DNA of 57,750 nt, the filler included, from Perkinsus olseni (Eukaryota), in NCBI GenBank assembly GCA_013115125.1. It is 3 parts of 3 records of this genome, joined end to end, with 100 filler letters (N's around TTAATTAATTAA, not from the genome) between each part and the next. Parts side by side here need not be neighbours in the genome. Positions count along the whole stretch, not along the records: positions 1 to 19,286 come from JABANN010000601.1; 2 more parts are not named here. One strand, given 5' to 3'. The notes under the pieces were generated by a model, which worked only from the letters and a program-made list of their open reading frames with translations, was not told where the DNA came from and ran no database searches. Positions 1 to 12,409 of the stretch are shown here, piece after piece. The number at the start of each line of letters is the position of its first letter. Within the stretch, counting starts at the first letter, position 1. Made by a program: the position numbers and the translations under genes.

Positions 1-2883
1 TTAATCTGTTATCATTCACTCACCATGGCTTCGGGTTCATCAAACAACACAGGGTCTCCATGGAACTACAACAAATTATGACAGTAACAGAGAGTGATAC
101 GTAGCATGCGTTATTCCCAACGCTGCTCTTGGAGCCGGATTTTTGTCAGAGAGACACTCTTCCACATTTTCCACTCCTAAACCGCGAAAGCGAAATTCCC
201 ATAGCTACACAACGAAGGCTTCAGCCGAAGTCTCGCTTTTCAAACTCTGAAAAGACGGAGCAAAAACGTCTTTTGTGACGACCAGGTACGAGTGCCTGTA
301 GGCACCCTTGGTATCAGTGCCACTCGCGATATTCATCTGAATATATCATTGATAAAGCTCGTTCTCTGATCGTTACCGTCGAACAAGAGAGTTGAGGGCA
401 AAGACCGCATACCATACATATAGTGGTTGAATGACATACGTCTGCCTAACAATGTAGAGTTGACATCTTCCGTTTCTCCAAGTCCATGAAGCCATTCGCT
501 ATTGATCTTTTGAAATCTTCCACTGTACGGAGATCATGAAATTATCTCCAAGGAAGAGAGGTGCCGCTGGAACGACCTCAGAGTGCATTGCACAGATGCG
601 CCTACAGGCGGCCCTCAGTACAAGCATCAACACGAGGCTCCAGCTCTGTTGCAAGACCCCTTCAACGTTCGCTGCTAGGGGTGAACGGAACGCAGTGCCT
701 CTCGTGGGCTCATATGTCCCATCTCGAGTGCATCGCTCACAGTATCGGTGGATGCCAATCTGTACTACAGATTCTGTAGGTCTCTTTGGTGGAGCTCAGT
801 GCCTCATCCGAGTAAGTGGGCGGAAACTGGGCCGTTGGATCAGGACAAATAGAGGCACCCCTCACGAAGGGACTGTCGTGGCCCAGCTCGTAGATGGTCA
901 TCGGTCCCGGGGCAGATATCTTCAGAGCGAGGTTAGACATGATTCGGTGCAACGTCGGGAGAGTTTCCAATACATTGCCGGTTGACACTGAGCACCTCCT
1001 CGTACTTATCGCTTAACTTAGTCCAATATTCCCAACTGACTTCAACTCCTACTCGTGAGCGAGCCGCGCGCTGAAAGTCTTTTTGTGTTGCTCACTCACA
1101 TCATGCCTCTTGATGCGCTCGCTCTTCCTCAAGCCACACCAGCCTTTCTTCCGTCACGGAGAAGGCGACAGCAGACGCAGCAGGCTGCATTCGTCTTCCC
1201 ATAATACGCGCGCCAACAGTACTTCTTGAACCATGCACCATCGAAACATCGCTTCTAGTGGTGACTAGGGTACGGCTCGGTCGCCTGGGAAGGCCGATCA
1301 TCTTTGAGCTCGGCGAAGTCGGCAACAGGCGCTTCACGGTCTCGTTGAAGTTGATTGAAATTACTCCTTGCTGCTCCGAGCCTCATTACGAAAGCCAATG
1401 ATCCCAGGTTGCAGCTTCGCTGGCGCAGTTGAAATGCCGAAACACGCTGATATGCTCTTATGGAGATCCGCAGCTGTCACCGCGCATAACTCGGCCGGGG
1501 AGCGCATACAACTTAAAGGGGCAGCAAAGATTGTGGTCTCATAACGAGTCCCTCGAAAGGCTGGGAAATTTCTTAATAAAGGCGTACGTTCTCCAACCAC
1601 GATGGACTCGAGCAATCACTGACAGTGTATCACAATCTGTCAGACTCCTAGAAGCGTACGAAATCTCCGAATCGGTGATCGGAAAACTGACAGCCAAATC
1701 TCACCTCGAACCAAAAGACCGTCCTTCCCGCGCATGTCTGGTCGTTTTTTCACGATCATATCATAGAGTGACTTGTCCGCTAGACGACAACGGATTGTCT
1801 GGCTCTTCATTTTCTTCCGTCGACTAATCGTCGTCGTCTCCTCAGCTGATATGACCTCGGCCGTTGCCCTGAGCAACTACAAAGATACTCGTTCTCCTTC
1901 CCTAAATTGGTGAAGAACGGCTTCAGAAATTGCCAATAATCGTTGAGTAATTAATTCCGTTATGAACTATAAACGACATGAACTTCTCTTGTAGCTTGAC
2001 TAAAGATTTCGGAAATTCGCGCGAATCTCGAGAAACCAAGCAACTCCAAGTGCGCGTTCCGGAAAATCACAAAATCTTGCGCGGCTGAGAAATATCTTTT
2101 TCTTCATGACGTACTACAATCAACTCAGATCAAAGAAAACTAACTTAATATGGGAATATCTTTCTACAGTGTATTGAACCAAAGTCGACCTACCACACGT
2201 CCATCGTTCTATGTTTGCTTAAGCCAAGGTCGCCCGCGGTGAGGCTCAGATAATCTCCGGGCTTCACGGGGACTTTGTCATCTTCGTCAAACTTCTCTGA
2301 AAAAAAGCAACAACATAGTAAACTCAGCTGATGTTCTACGAGCAAAATAACCCCAAACCCGGAAATTTTCGCACATACTAGACGTTTTTACCCGAGCAAA
2401 AACGGCACATCCGGACAATTATAGGGAAACCAACAAAATCGTCCGATTCCCATAGAATCGATCTGTTGCCATCTTACGCGACCAATAGCAATACACGAAC
2501 TCCACCATGTCCCTCGTCCAACCCTTCTCAGGGTCGACCGTGTTAAGGAAATCAACAACCGTCGGCGCCCAAGCCAGGCTGACGCAACCGATGTCCTCCT
2601 CTGACTGTTCTCCTGCTGACACGCCCGCCTGAAGTTGATATTACAATGACGGTTTTTATGAAAAGCAGGTGGATGGAGAAGTTGCCTTTTGCATGAAAAA
2701 GGATCAGCTAGTCCGAATGGTTCTTCGGGAAGTACTACTCTAGTTTAACCAGAGTACCAAAACTCAAATATAAAACTGAATGTGCGTTCCCTACAGCAAT
2801 GCAATGCTACAGAGTCTCCCTGAACGAGTAATCTAACCGCCATGGACGGTTACAGATAGCAACTTTATATTTTCACTTGCACC

Positions 2884-2930
2884 CGGTCAACATCACCGCT
2901 CCAGTAGTACTGGAGCGGTGATGTTGACCG
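2884..2930. repeat. Perfect inverted repeat, 23-bp arms with a 1-nt spacer
   Basis: CGGTCAACATCACCGCTCCAGTA-G-TACTGGAGCGGTGATGTTGACCG read directly from the sequence. Confidence 0.95.
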
Positions 2931-4151
2931 CGAGTACTGTACCAGTACTAACTCACCCTGTGTGATCTACACCCCTTGAAAGCACCAGGGCCACCATTAA
3001 AACGGCTCTCCTTTATTTCGCCACAGAAGCGTTGATTTACGTTGCGAGTAAGAATCGTTTCCCTCATACCACTCGCTCATCAACTCGCGTTTCGAAACAG
3101 AGAACTCGTTCCCGTCATCGCGATTGCAATGCCCTTCCATTCTTTAAACGCTCCCTCTCCTCAGACCTCGTCCGTCCTGTCTTCCGGAGATTCTCCCACC
3201 GTCTGCTCCGCGACACTCGGAGATGCCCTCGACCGGGCTGGCATGACGATGATGGTAAAATACTGCAGCACGATGGACGAATTGAGTTCACTTTACACAA
3301 AAAATTTCAGAATAAAACGGATCTGTCGCTACGAATCTTGAAATCTTTTTTGACACATGGTGACCACCAGACGATATCATGTAGTAATAATACAGAGGTT
3401 GATGACAGGGTACCGCAGAAAACAAGATACCCTGGAAAATCGCCACGCATAAGGCAACCGAAAGGAGAGCAGATCTCGATTCGGGATTTAAAAATGGTTC
3501 TCACGATAGACACTACAAGTTGAATCAGTGCAAACACGACGAATTTCGTGGCGCGCGACAAGATTCACGCTGCAATCTAGCGATTTTATGACGACGAGAG
3601 AGAGAAAAAAAGAAGGAATGGCTACACTACAGCACGGGGTCTTGCAATCTTGCTATATCTTGCAATTTCCCAATGCGTAGTCTAAGTCTACTATTTCTTC
3701 CATCACAACCACCATTGCTTTGTGCAGCTCTAGACATGATGTTAAGACGCCGGGAAAATTGAATCAATAATAGCGGAGCGTAGCAGCATGCTGCGGCGTC
3801 TAACCACCAGAGGAACCTAATCGATCAGTCGGGCGAGCGAGATCTCCATTTCGCAAATCTTACAAATCTGACCTCCCTCGATCTTACTTAACTTGGATCG
3901 TAGGCGCTCGGCCACCTGAGAGAGAGTTCCAAATGAACACTCGACGAACCATTCTATAGGGCTCATATGCAAAATCTTGCTTTCTCGCATTTCCTCAACG
4001 TTAAGATATTCACTCAGAAGGTATTGAGGGACTACAGGACCAAATTGTCGAATTCTCATGTCGAATAATGATGAAGAATTTCCCAGGTTCAAATCCCAGC
4101 GGCGACATTTCGAAGTAGCCATAGAACAGTTAGAATCAACCCCCTAGTCAC

Positions 4152-4434
4152 CTCTGTAGTTGAAGTCTTCTTAGCTGCCATCTCAGGACTTGATCGCGGA
4201 CAAATCGTGCCAGTTCTCACCCGTCCATTTGGTCTAGCCGGCGAGGGATACACCATAAATCTCTAAGTCGGGAAGCCACTAGTTCAATTCCCAGCAGTGG
4301 CATTTTATTCGTCACTCTAGAGGGCTGGGGCACTTGCACTCTGACTCTATCCGACCTCCTCGGTCGACTGTGCCGTCGTCCGTATGGCTTCCTGCAGCTG
4401 CTACCAGACCCACACCAAACGGGGGGAGAGGACC
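4152..4434 (-). CDS. Probable Ser/Arg-rich exons, possibly a continuation of the 4734-7725 gene
   Basis: Exons GSSPPVWCGSG...VPQPSR and RFMVYPSPARPNG...KKTSTTE join in phase across a 53-nt GT-AG intron (4263-4315). The link to neighbouring exons is unresolved. Confidence 0.4.
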
Positions 4435-4733
4435 CTGGACAGACCCGAGTTCGATTCCCAGCCACGTCAATATTCTCCACAATTCACAGTGGGTGGGTCG
4501 TCCGATGATATTAAAAAAACTAAACGGCAAAAATGAATTTCCGTAAATTTTCGACTGTAGACTGTAAATTTACGTGTAAAGATGGTCTCTTAGTAATAAC
4601 TACTCAGACTGAACTACAGAATCACCCCATTCCCTGAAAAATGCCCTTTACCTAAAGTTCGTAAAGTCTAGTAAACCTACTACCTAAGGTCTAGTTCTTT
4701 CCAAAAAAAACCGACTTCTGCTTTCTTTCCTCG

Positions 4734-7725
4734 TTACTCGGGAGACTCTGCCTGAACGTCTACGTCCCCGCCCCGGACCTCAGCCTTCGAGTTGGAAACT
4801 CATCCCAGTAAATGAATATCAACCCAAAAAAATCGAGACCACCCATCACCAACTCTATTAATAAAACTACTACGCCAAAAAGCCATCCTCTCTCCACCCA
4901 CCTAGCCCAGGTGCCATCGGCCTGACAAGTTTCCTCCCGAGCGTCGGAGTCGACAATCTGCTCGACCCTCGGCTGCCGACACTCAAGTGCTCACATGGTG
5001 ATGTGCCGCGGCCAGTTCGCGGAGAGGGGGACTTGGACGATCTGCGCTGGAGAGGGCTTGCTGAGAAGACGGAGCGTTGAGGAATCGCAAGAGATCAAGT
5101 GGAGGACCTGCTGTCTTGACGAATACACTCGGCGAAGCGTTGAGAAATAGCAAGAGAGCAAGTGAAGGACCCATTATTTTGACAAACAGACTCGCCAAAG
5201 CGTTGAGAAATAGCAAGAGATCAAGTTAGCGCGAATCACAAGTTTGACTCACACTGCCGATCGGTCATAGGCATCACGTGCCGCTGCACTCGACTGGCAC
5301 TTGGCCGAATAGGTGACTTAGATACCTTCCAAAAAAAGGTCCCAGGTTCGATCCCCGGCCGCGGCATCTCGACACTCACATGACTATCATCGTCCTCAAC
5401 AGAAGAGCCTTTGGGCGAGTTGCTCCCACCATCCGATCCCCGCCCAAAAAGCATCCCCATATCTTCATACTCTTCCGGGCACAGCTCCAACGTATCTTTA
5501 TCACCATCTATGTGAGTAGCGCGCGCCCAGCTGATCGATCTCCTGTAATTACAATTCTGTAATTCTGTAATCGATCTTTTCAATTCATTTGTAAGTAATG
5601 AAATTTATGGAGAAATTGTGATTATCTTTCTCTCCAGAAATTTCAGAGTCCGCATGTAGTTCTCGCAAAAAGCGCGCGCCCGACTGATCGATTAACTGCG
5701 AACCACCTCACCAGCCATGCTTGGCCCAGGCATATCCTTCCGCGTGCGAACGTCGTCGCTCATGTCAAGCTCGGTGGTACCGGCTTCCCCCATCAAAGTA
5801 GGTGAAGACCTCAGCCTCCGTACACTGCCCACTGAATGGAGACCAGCAAGACCCATAATCGATCACCAGGGCGAGCGCTAAATGCATTACCACCATCCAG
5901 TGGATTGTCTTTCTCAGACTTCCTCAGCGCCACCTGATTCCGCAGCTCTCCTCGGGCTTGGCGGATCAGAGCGGCAGCTGTATCAGCGGACAGTCTAAGA
6001 AGACCGATCATTTACGGAAGGAGCGGTATCAAGAAATTAAGCACAAACCTTAATTCGTTTTGTTGGGAAGTGGGCGGTGGGGGCGTGTCCGCGCTATCCA
6101 TCGACAGCTGCGAATAATCACCTTCGTGGAGGGTTGTGAGACAACCTGAGAAGACGGGAAAATTGTATTACTCATCCGGGTCAACGGCCTTTCCGCAATA
6201 GAAAATTCCGAAGTTTCTTTTCGCGCAAAAATAATCTAAATTTTACAAAATTTTCCTCGAATCAGCCCCCATTCACCTAAGCTTCGTCACGACAACCCCC
6301 TCAAGAAACTCCGAAAATTAGCACATCGAAATTTCTCGCTTCAAAAACTAAAATTTTCCACCTCGAAGAAAATTTAGATTTTTCACGTCGAAATTTTTAC
6401 GCAATAAAATGAACTCCGTCATCTCCGTCAAATTATTTCTCGATCCTTTTTTCCACTTCCCAAAATCCACCTTCCAATTTTTCCGAAACTCACGCCCAAA
6501 ATGAGCAGTGAAAGCCCCAAGCTGGGACTGGCCGCGTTGGACGATAAACTTAGAAAATTTATTAGTAATTAAAAAAGAATAAAAATAACTCAAACTCGGC
6601 AGCGCCTACCCCGAGGAGGAGCCAACCTCCTTCCTCCAGTAGCGAGAACCTTGCCGGGTGCCGAGGCTCGAAGAAAATCGTTAATTCGAGAGTCGCCGGA
6701 CGCGTCACTTCCATGCGGGAGCACGCTCGAACTCTCAGGGAAGAAGCCATTAGACAAGGAGGTCGATAACGACAATGATTTGCTTGTTGAGGGAATAGAC
6801 GTCTTCAGCAGCTCAGCCAGGGAAGCCTATGTACATGAATGAGTAATCCAAAGGTCTCCGGTTCGATACCGGCACCTGTCATCCTCACATTTTTTCGCTC
6901 CAGGTCCCTAGCGGTGTTCCAAAGTTCAGCATAGTCCCTCTCGAGGTCCTTCAATGTCGACAACACCTCATCCTTCTCATGCAGCGCTCGAGTCAGCTAC
7001 AACAGCACTCTCATCCGGTTCGAGGTCCCAGGTTCGATCCCCGGCTAGGTTACTTGCTGTTTAATTTTGGCAGTCTCCCCCGCTTTTTCTTGTATCCAAA
7101 ATTCCCGTTCCAATGACTGATCATCAACCTGACTGCATCAGTCCCTACCACTCCTTCCGTAACTCCCCACCTGACGCTGTATCAAAGCCCGAGCTTCCTT
7201 CTCTCTGGCCAACTCCGCCTTCAGTCTACATAACTAAATAGATGACACAGAAGAATTGATGGCCCGACAATCTCGCTCGCCCGAGAAAACCGTTTCACGA
7301 TATTTTCCAGAAAAACCTTCCGTTTCGAAAACCGTACCGTATGGCCTTTAGAAGTCCTCCTGGCTTGATCAACTTCGATCAACAAAGAGTCTGACTGAAC
7401 CACTTCTCGGCGTTGTACTTGAGACTCACTCCCAGAATTTTCCGGAAAATTTTCCGGAAATTTTCTCGCGGCGCCCGAATCGAAAAGCGAACGGAAACGT
7501 GAACCGTCGGGAATGAACCGGAAAAAACCGTTTCATGCATTATTGGGCGAGCGAGATTCCCCTTACCTCCAATTCAACATCTCCCTTTCTAGCGTCTGAT
7601 GATGATCCTGAGGAAAATGGCGAGCTAGCGCCGCCGCCGCCGCTCGAAAAGGCGGGTTTCCGATCTCTGATCTCTCGAGCCGGGGAGGGAGATATAGATA
7701 CCGTGGAGAGGGTGGCTCGAGGCAT
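4734..7725 (-). CDS. Multi-exon hypothetical protein with an N-terminal coiled coil and a long Ser/Pro/Arg-rich region
   Basis: Exons join in phase across GT-AG introns: ...KGDVELE | SQVQRRE...KGHT | LCRLKAELAREKEARALIQRQ | LTRALHEKDEVL...LERKN | ASLAELLK...; later VGSVRR...DMPGPSMA | DGDKDTLEL...DDDSH | VSKSP...DRQ | SSPLQRRSSKSPSPRTG... The middle exons and both termini are uncertain. Confidence 0.55.
5075..5227. repeat. About 2.5 copies of a degenerate ~60-bp tandem repeat (intronic)
   Basis: The core GCGTTGAG(G/A)AAT(C/A)GCAAGAGA(T/G)CAAGT recurs at about 60-bp spacing. Confidence 0.8.
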
Positions 7726-7734
7726 TCAGATAAC

Positions 7735-8105
7735 TATAAAGATAATCGATCAACCGTTTCCTTGTAGGTATACATAGTTATATATCGATCAACTGTTTCA
7801 TTCACATATACAGAGTAAAATAATCGATCGAGCGTTTNNNNNNNNNNNNNNNNNNNNNNNNNNNNNNNNNNNNNNNNNNNNNNNNNNNNNNNNNNNNNNN
7901 NNNNNNNNNNNNNNNNNNNNNNNNNNNNNNNNNNTTTCATTCATATATACAGAGTAAAATAATCGATCGAGCGTTTCATTCATATATACAGAGTAAAATA
8001 ATCGATCGAGCGTTTCATTCATATATACAGAGTAAAATAATCGATCAACCGTTTCATCATAGGTATACATAGTTATAAATCGATCAACCGTTTCATTATG
8101 TACAG
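7735..8105. repeat. 39-bp AT-rich minisatellite spanning an assembly gap
   Basis: Unit TTTCATTCATATATACAGAGTAAAATAATCGATCGAGCG occurs on both sides of the N run, with diverged flanking units. Confidence 0.9.
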
Positions 8106-8857
8106 TAGATGTCAATAGACATTTCTGCCGGCAAAACATGTCATCCCTGGGATTCGAACCCGCGCCCTAATTAATACAACTTAACCTCAACTCCGTTACG
8201 ACTCCCAACGACTATTTATAACATGCTAATACCAGCAATGAGGGTACCTCACAATCGATCACGCGGGCGAGCGCGTTGTGCTATCACGCATCCGCCGATA
8301 TATGCTTGATATTGACGCAAAGCTGGTCCTTGCAAGTCTGAGAAGGAAACCTTTCTTTACTGCAACAGAGCAACTCGAAAAGGTTCATCCACAGTTTGCA
8401 CATTTTTTCGGCCGTTCCCTCACGCGTTACACCCCGCGGTTAAGATCAACATCATCCGTTTTTTCACTCTTTTCATCAGCCATCATCGGCAACCATGAGT
8501 AATTGGTGCCATGTGAGAAAGTTCTTCTATCACTAGGGTAGTGAAAATTAACGTAATTGCACGAAACTAATACTACATCAAATTTTGCCGATTACATAGC
8601 AAATCAACTTCGCGGGGACAACGTCCTCTCGTAAATTGCGAAAAAAGCGAAAAAATGCAATTAAAATGCAATTAAAATACCAATCAAGCGATCAACTTTA
8701 CGTAAACGAGAAACTAATTTACTCACGGCTAAGCCGTGAGTTGAGGCCGCGGAAGCTCAGCTCTCACTCTCTCTGTGGAAGTCTTCCCCTCAAATGCGGC
8801 GGCAAGCTTCGGGTATATGTAGCTCCGAAGCTTCGCCTCAAGTCACCATCCACTCAC

Positions 8858-9325
8858 CATTTTGAAAGCGACTTTCGGCAGCATCAAAAGCTTCTCAAAA
8901 CTCTTCGTATTCGCAAACATAAACGCCAACAGCCGATTCACAAAGGTCTCGCTGGCCTGCTCCTAACATCCGAAAGGTTCATGGTTCGAACCCCACACCC
9001 GTCATTTTTCCGTATACCTCCCCAGGCTTCACAAACCGTATCACTGCCTGCTCTACAGAGCTCACGTCGTGACTCGCTTCGCCATACCAGTACACACAGC
9101 CACTACCACCCTAACACCAATTCATTTAGCGCGCGCCCGGCTGATCGATTTCAGCTCACCAATATCGGGTCAGCATTTCTATCAACATTTTCCCCGATCG
9201 CTCGAAGCACTTCGGCCACTTTTTCTTCGCTTTTGAACATATCCCGAGCCCGCGGATGCACATGCTCTATCCACCGCCTGAAATAGCGATAATTTCGTGG
9301 CGCGCGACAAAATCTCGAAGATTCC
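8858..9325 (-). CDS. Partial model of a conserved alveolate protein, possibly of the His-Me finger ('zinc-binding loop of homing endonuclease'-like) family
   Basis: In-phase exons ...NYRYFRRWIEHVHPR...DPIL | GGSGCVYWYGE...IRFVKPGE (9018-9110) | EQASETFVNRLLAFMFA...PKVAFKM (8858-8962). The family call is from recollection of similar dinoflagellate/apicomplexan proteins. The last exon was not located. Confidence 0.55.
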
Positions 9326-10120
9326 TGAGATCGTGTATCAATAGATTAGTAAGCAATGCGTATATGTATCGCGAGTGTATACAAAAAATTCGTAAAAAAT
9401 CGTAAAAAATTCCGGATTCGAAAAAAGTCGCAACCCGCTATATTGTAATAAGATTTACCTAATTCACATTCTAGACGATACGAGACACGGATTTCTGATA
9501 GGTCTGAAATTACCGCGCGCCACGAAATTCCTACCTAACCAAGTCGTCCAGCTCTACGCCCTGCCGTGGACGATACCCGTCGGTGCTCTCCTCAACAGTT
9601 CGAGTCGTTCCTCGTCTTCCCCTGAGATACCAACAATTCCCCAACTCACACAAAGCCAGAGGGCGACACTCAGGCTGCATAGAACTTTTCACATCGGAAA
9701 GACTCATTTGATGGTACTTTTTACCCGAGAAAAAAATTTACACCGTAACTAAAGTGATGACCGATGCCCTCTGGAATCTCAAACTCATCATTCCATCGCT
9801 GATGAGTAAAATCAACCAATCGCACCGGGAAAAACGAGAGACACTCTTCAAGGCCGCCATCGCCGACGACAGTTGGCCACTCTGCGCGTTTACATCACTT
9901 CCATTGAGACACCTCGTTGGTCGGACCCGAGCGACGTGAGCGAGGATTGAATTAGAAACTCGGAAAAAAACCAAAGGTATTAAGCATGCCTTCTCGTAGC
10001 GACCGTCAAGCCAGCGTCAACAAGCCCACTTCAATGCAGCACCGCAAGGCCATTGCTGAGCCTTTCAGTGATGAACGGCATTCAGACAGACCATACCAAA
10101 CTCTTCGCGAGAAAATAATC

Positions 10121-10178
10121 AAATTTTCCCGAGAAAGAATCTCAAATTTTCCCGAGAAAGAATCTCAAATTTTCCCGA
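10121..10178. repeat. 23-bp tandem repeat, about 2.5 copies
   Basis: AAATTTTCCCGAGAAAGAATCTC repeated. Confidence 0.9.
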
Positions 10179-11280
10179 TCGACCCGAGCCAGCCTCCTCG
10201 ATAAGCCAGCTCGATTACAGAAACTCTGACCACCTCGCCTCAGTCCGATAGATCCATCGTCGGTTCCGATTCGTTACATAACGAAACCGCATCCTGTGCC
10301 AGAACAGAATGGGATGACAATTGAACTAACTACGCCAATCACCTCAGAATGCCGCACTTGGCGCGCGAGAGATGCACTTTGAGCTCTCCACAACAATAAA
10401 GTTATGGCACGGAAGATCGACACGGCGTAAAATTCCCTTCGTTCAAAGACCTAAGCGGTCCGATTTCAGTATGTGAGTTTGTACTTGTCGGAAAAGGTCG
10501 GAAATTTCGCACTTAAAATGCTAGCGCATCCTGAACAGAAGTTTTTCGCTTGTGCTCCGGGAGACTTCAGAGAACTTCTCTCGGTAATCATTCGCTTTCC
10601 GATTTTCACCGTCACGTCGGAAAATGCTTCACTATCCATCACCATGGCTTTACCACACGACCAGCAGTGACTAACGGAAGGAGTCCAGCAATAACATGCA
10701 AAAAAAACCGGAAAAAAATTACCCGCTCGAAAATTCACGAGCCCAGCAGAAAGCGAACAACAAGCGCCTCGCCTATCAATTTTCAATTTTCAACCTTTCC
10801 GAAGTGAGCCCCGATTCCTCAGTACCCGTGCCTTTGTCGCCTCCGATGGTCGCCAGCCGTCCCGAAAATGGCGCCGAAAGGATCCTCGACGCACTGCCGA
10901 CAACGGAACATGATCCAAATCGGGAAAGAGGTGAAACTGTTGGGGGCCACGACCAAGCTGGGGCTATCACCCAGCTATCAAAGAGAAAACTTCTAGGATG
11001 ATCTCAGGATACTCGATTACGAACAGACTCCTACTCGGAATCGTGGCTTCGCACCCGTTCACACACACAGTAATGTATATCGATCAGAGCGGCGGGCAGA
11101 TTCAACATGCTCAAATATTCTTTTCCATCACCGTGCACTGATAGAGGGGGCCAATTACACCTCTCGATTGACAACGGCGTCGTCTTGTCGTCACGACATT
11201 CCGTTAAACCGGGTCCTCACGTGGTTCGGACGGAACTCGCAGGGAACACGATCTTTGCAGCCCTGCACCAGATCCCTCCA

Positions 11281-12132
11281 ATGGCGACCCAGCACATCCT
11301 CATCGCCGCATTAGCTTCTGCTGTATTTATTTCCAACTTACCCGTCGGTAACACACTCGGTGCACTGGCCCCACAAGTTGAAGTAAGCTCATCTGTTGCG
11401 GCTGATTTTGTGATCAAACTCGCTGTTGTGTGGACATCTCGTTGAAATCCTCTGCAATTTTGCGCAGAATTAGAGATTTTCCACCGCTAGTGGACTGGGG
11501 GCTAAATCCAGCTTTCAGCGAAGACGGTTTTGAAGATTGCTATGACGCTTCCTGCGTCTACACCAGCGGTGAAAGGAACACTCACGACTGGACAAATTTG
11601 GAGGTTCAAATCAGGGAGCTCGATTACATCTATACAAAAACCATCGATTGTCCCGGGGCTACCTGGCGGGAAGGATTCAGGAGCGATTTGTAAGGCAGTG
11701 ACTGTGACTGGCTCGTGCGCATACATATTTCCTCTTAAAGATCCTTTATACAGCCCTCTCAGTATGGTCTTCATAAATTCCACACTGGCATCCCAATCGG
11801 TGTTTATTTCCAAGAATTCCAAGCTCGTGGCGAAGATCAAGAATCGCGGGCGCCTCCTATCCCTGCCGGTCTGGATTTTCTAAGAAACTCGATTGATAAT
11901 TCAACCATCACCCCGATATTGGAGGAGCTGAGAAACAGAAACAGCAACTTTCTTATATTTTACAGGACGTATAAAACCTGCCTATAAGTTAGTAAAGAGA
12001 GCCTGTCTCTCCTTGCGCGAGGCCATGATGAAGAAATTCGGTTCGATTGGGGTTATGTGCGATGAGTACTACAGAATGTCGAAGAAGGCCCTCCAGACTG
12101 CCCAGGCAGCAACCAGAAGCGATGTGGCGTGA
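11281..12132 (+). CDS. Lineage-specific secreted protein, multi-exon
   Basis: Signal-peptide-like start MATQHILIAALASAVFIS; GTAAG donors; terminal exon GRIKPAYKLVKRACLSLREAMMKKFGSIGVMCDEYYRMSK...DVA* is conserved with the paralog at 15484-15666. Confidence 0.5.
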
Positions 12133-12409
12133 TTGCAAGAAAAAGGAGAAATTATCGATTGCACGGTGCTGCCTCATTTTCATCGCGCAAGATCAGGAGT
12201 GGTTTGAGAAGAACACGAAGAATAATCGACTCAATCAATCTTGGATATATCAAGTTACTCCCTTTTTTCAAAGTTTGACGTGTGACCATGCTTTATGACT
12301 TAGCTGCTATCCATAAAATATTCATGCAAAGATGTGTGATGATGTATTTGTGCTGTTGAACCGACAGTATTGATGTTACGTCAGTCGAATTTGGTAGCCC
12401 GCTGTGATT

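Noticed and set aside
5300-5370. Complete tRNA genes at the B-box sites (also 6860, 8150, 14212, 23195)
   Set aside because: No D-arm/A-box, anticodon arm or complementary 5' acceptor strand could be folded, so they are reported only as fragments. tRNAscan-SE would be decisive
5519-5539. The GCGC..TGATCGAT motif as the 5' half of split tRNAs
   Set aside because: Resemblance is only vague; there is no anticodon stem and no pairing with the 3' fragments
8636-9286. 216-aa plus-strand ORF
   Set aside because: Antisense to in-phase spliced exons on the minus strand
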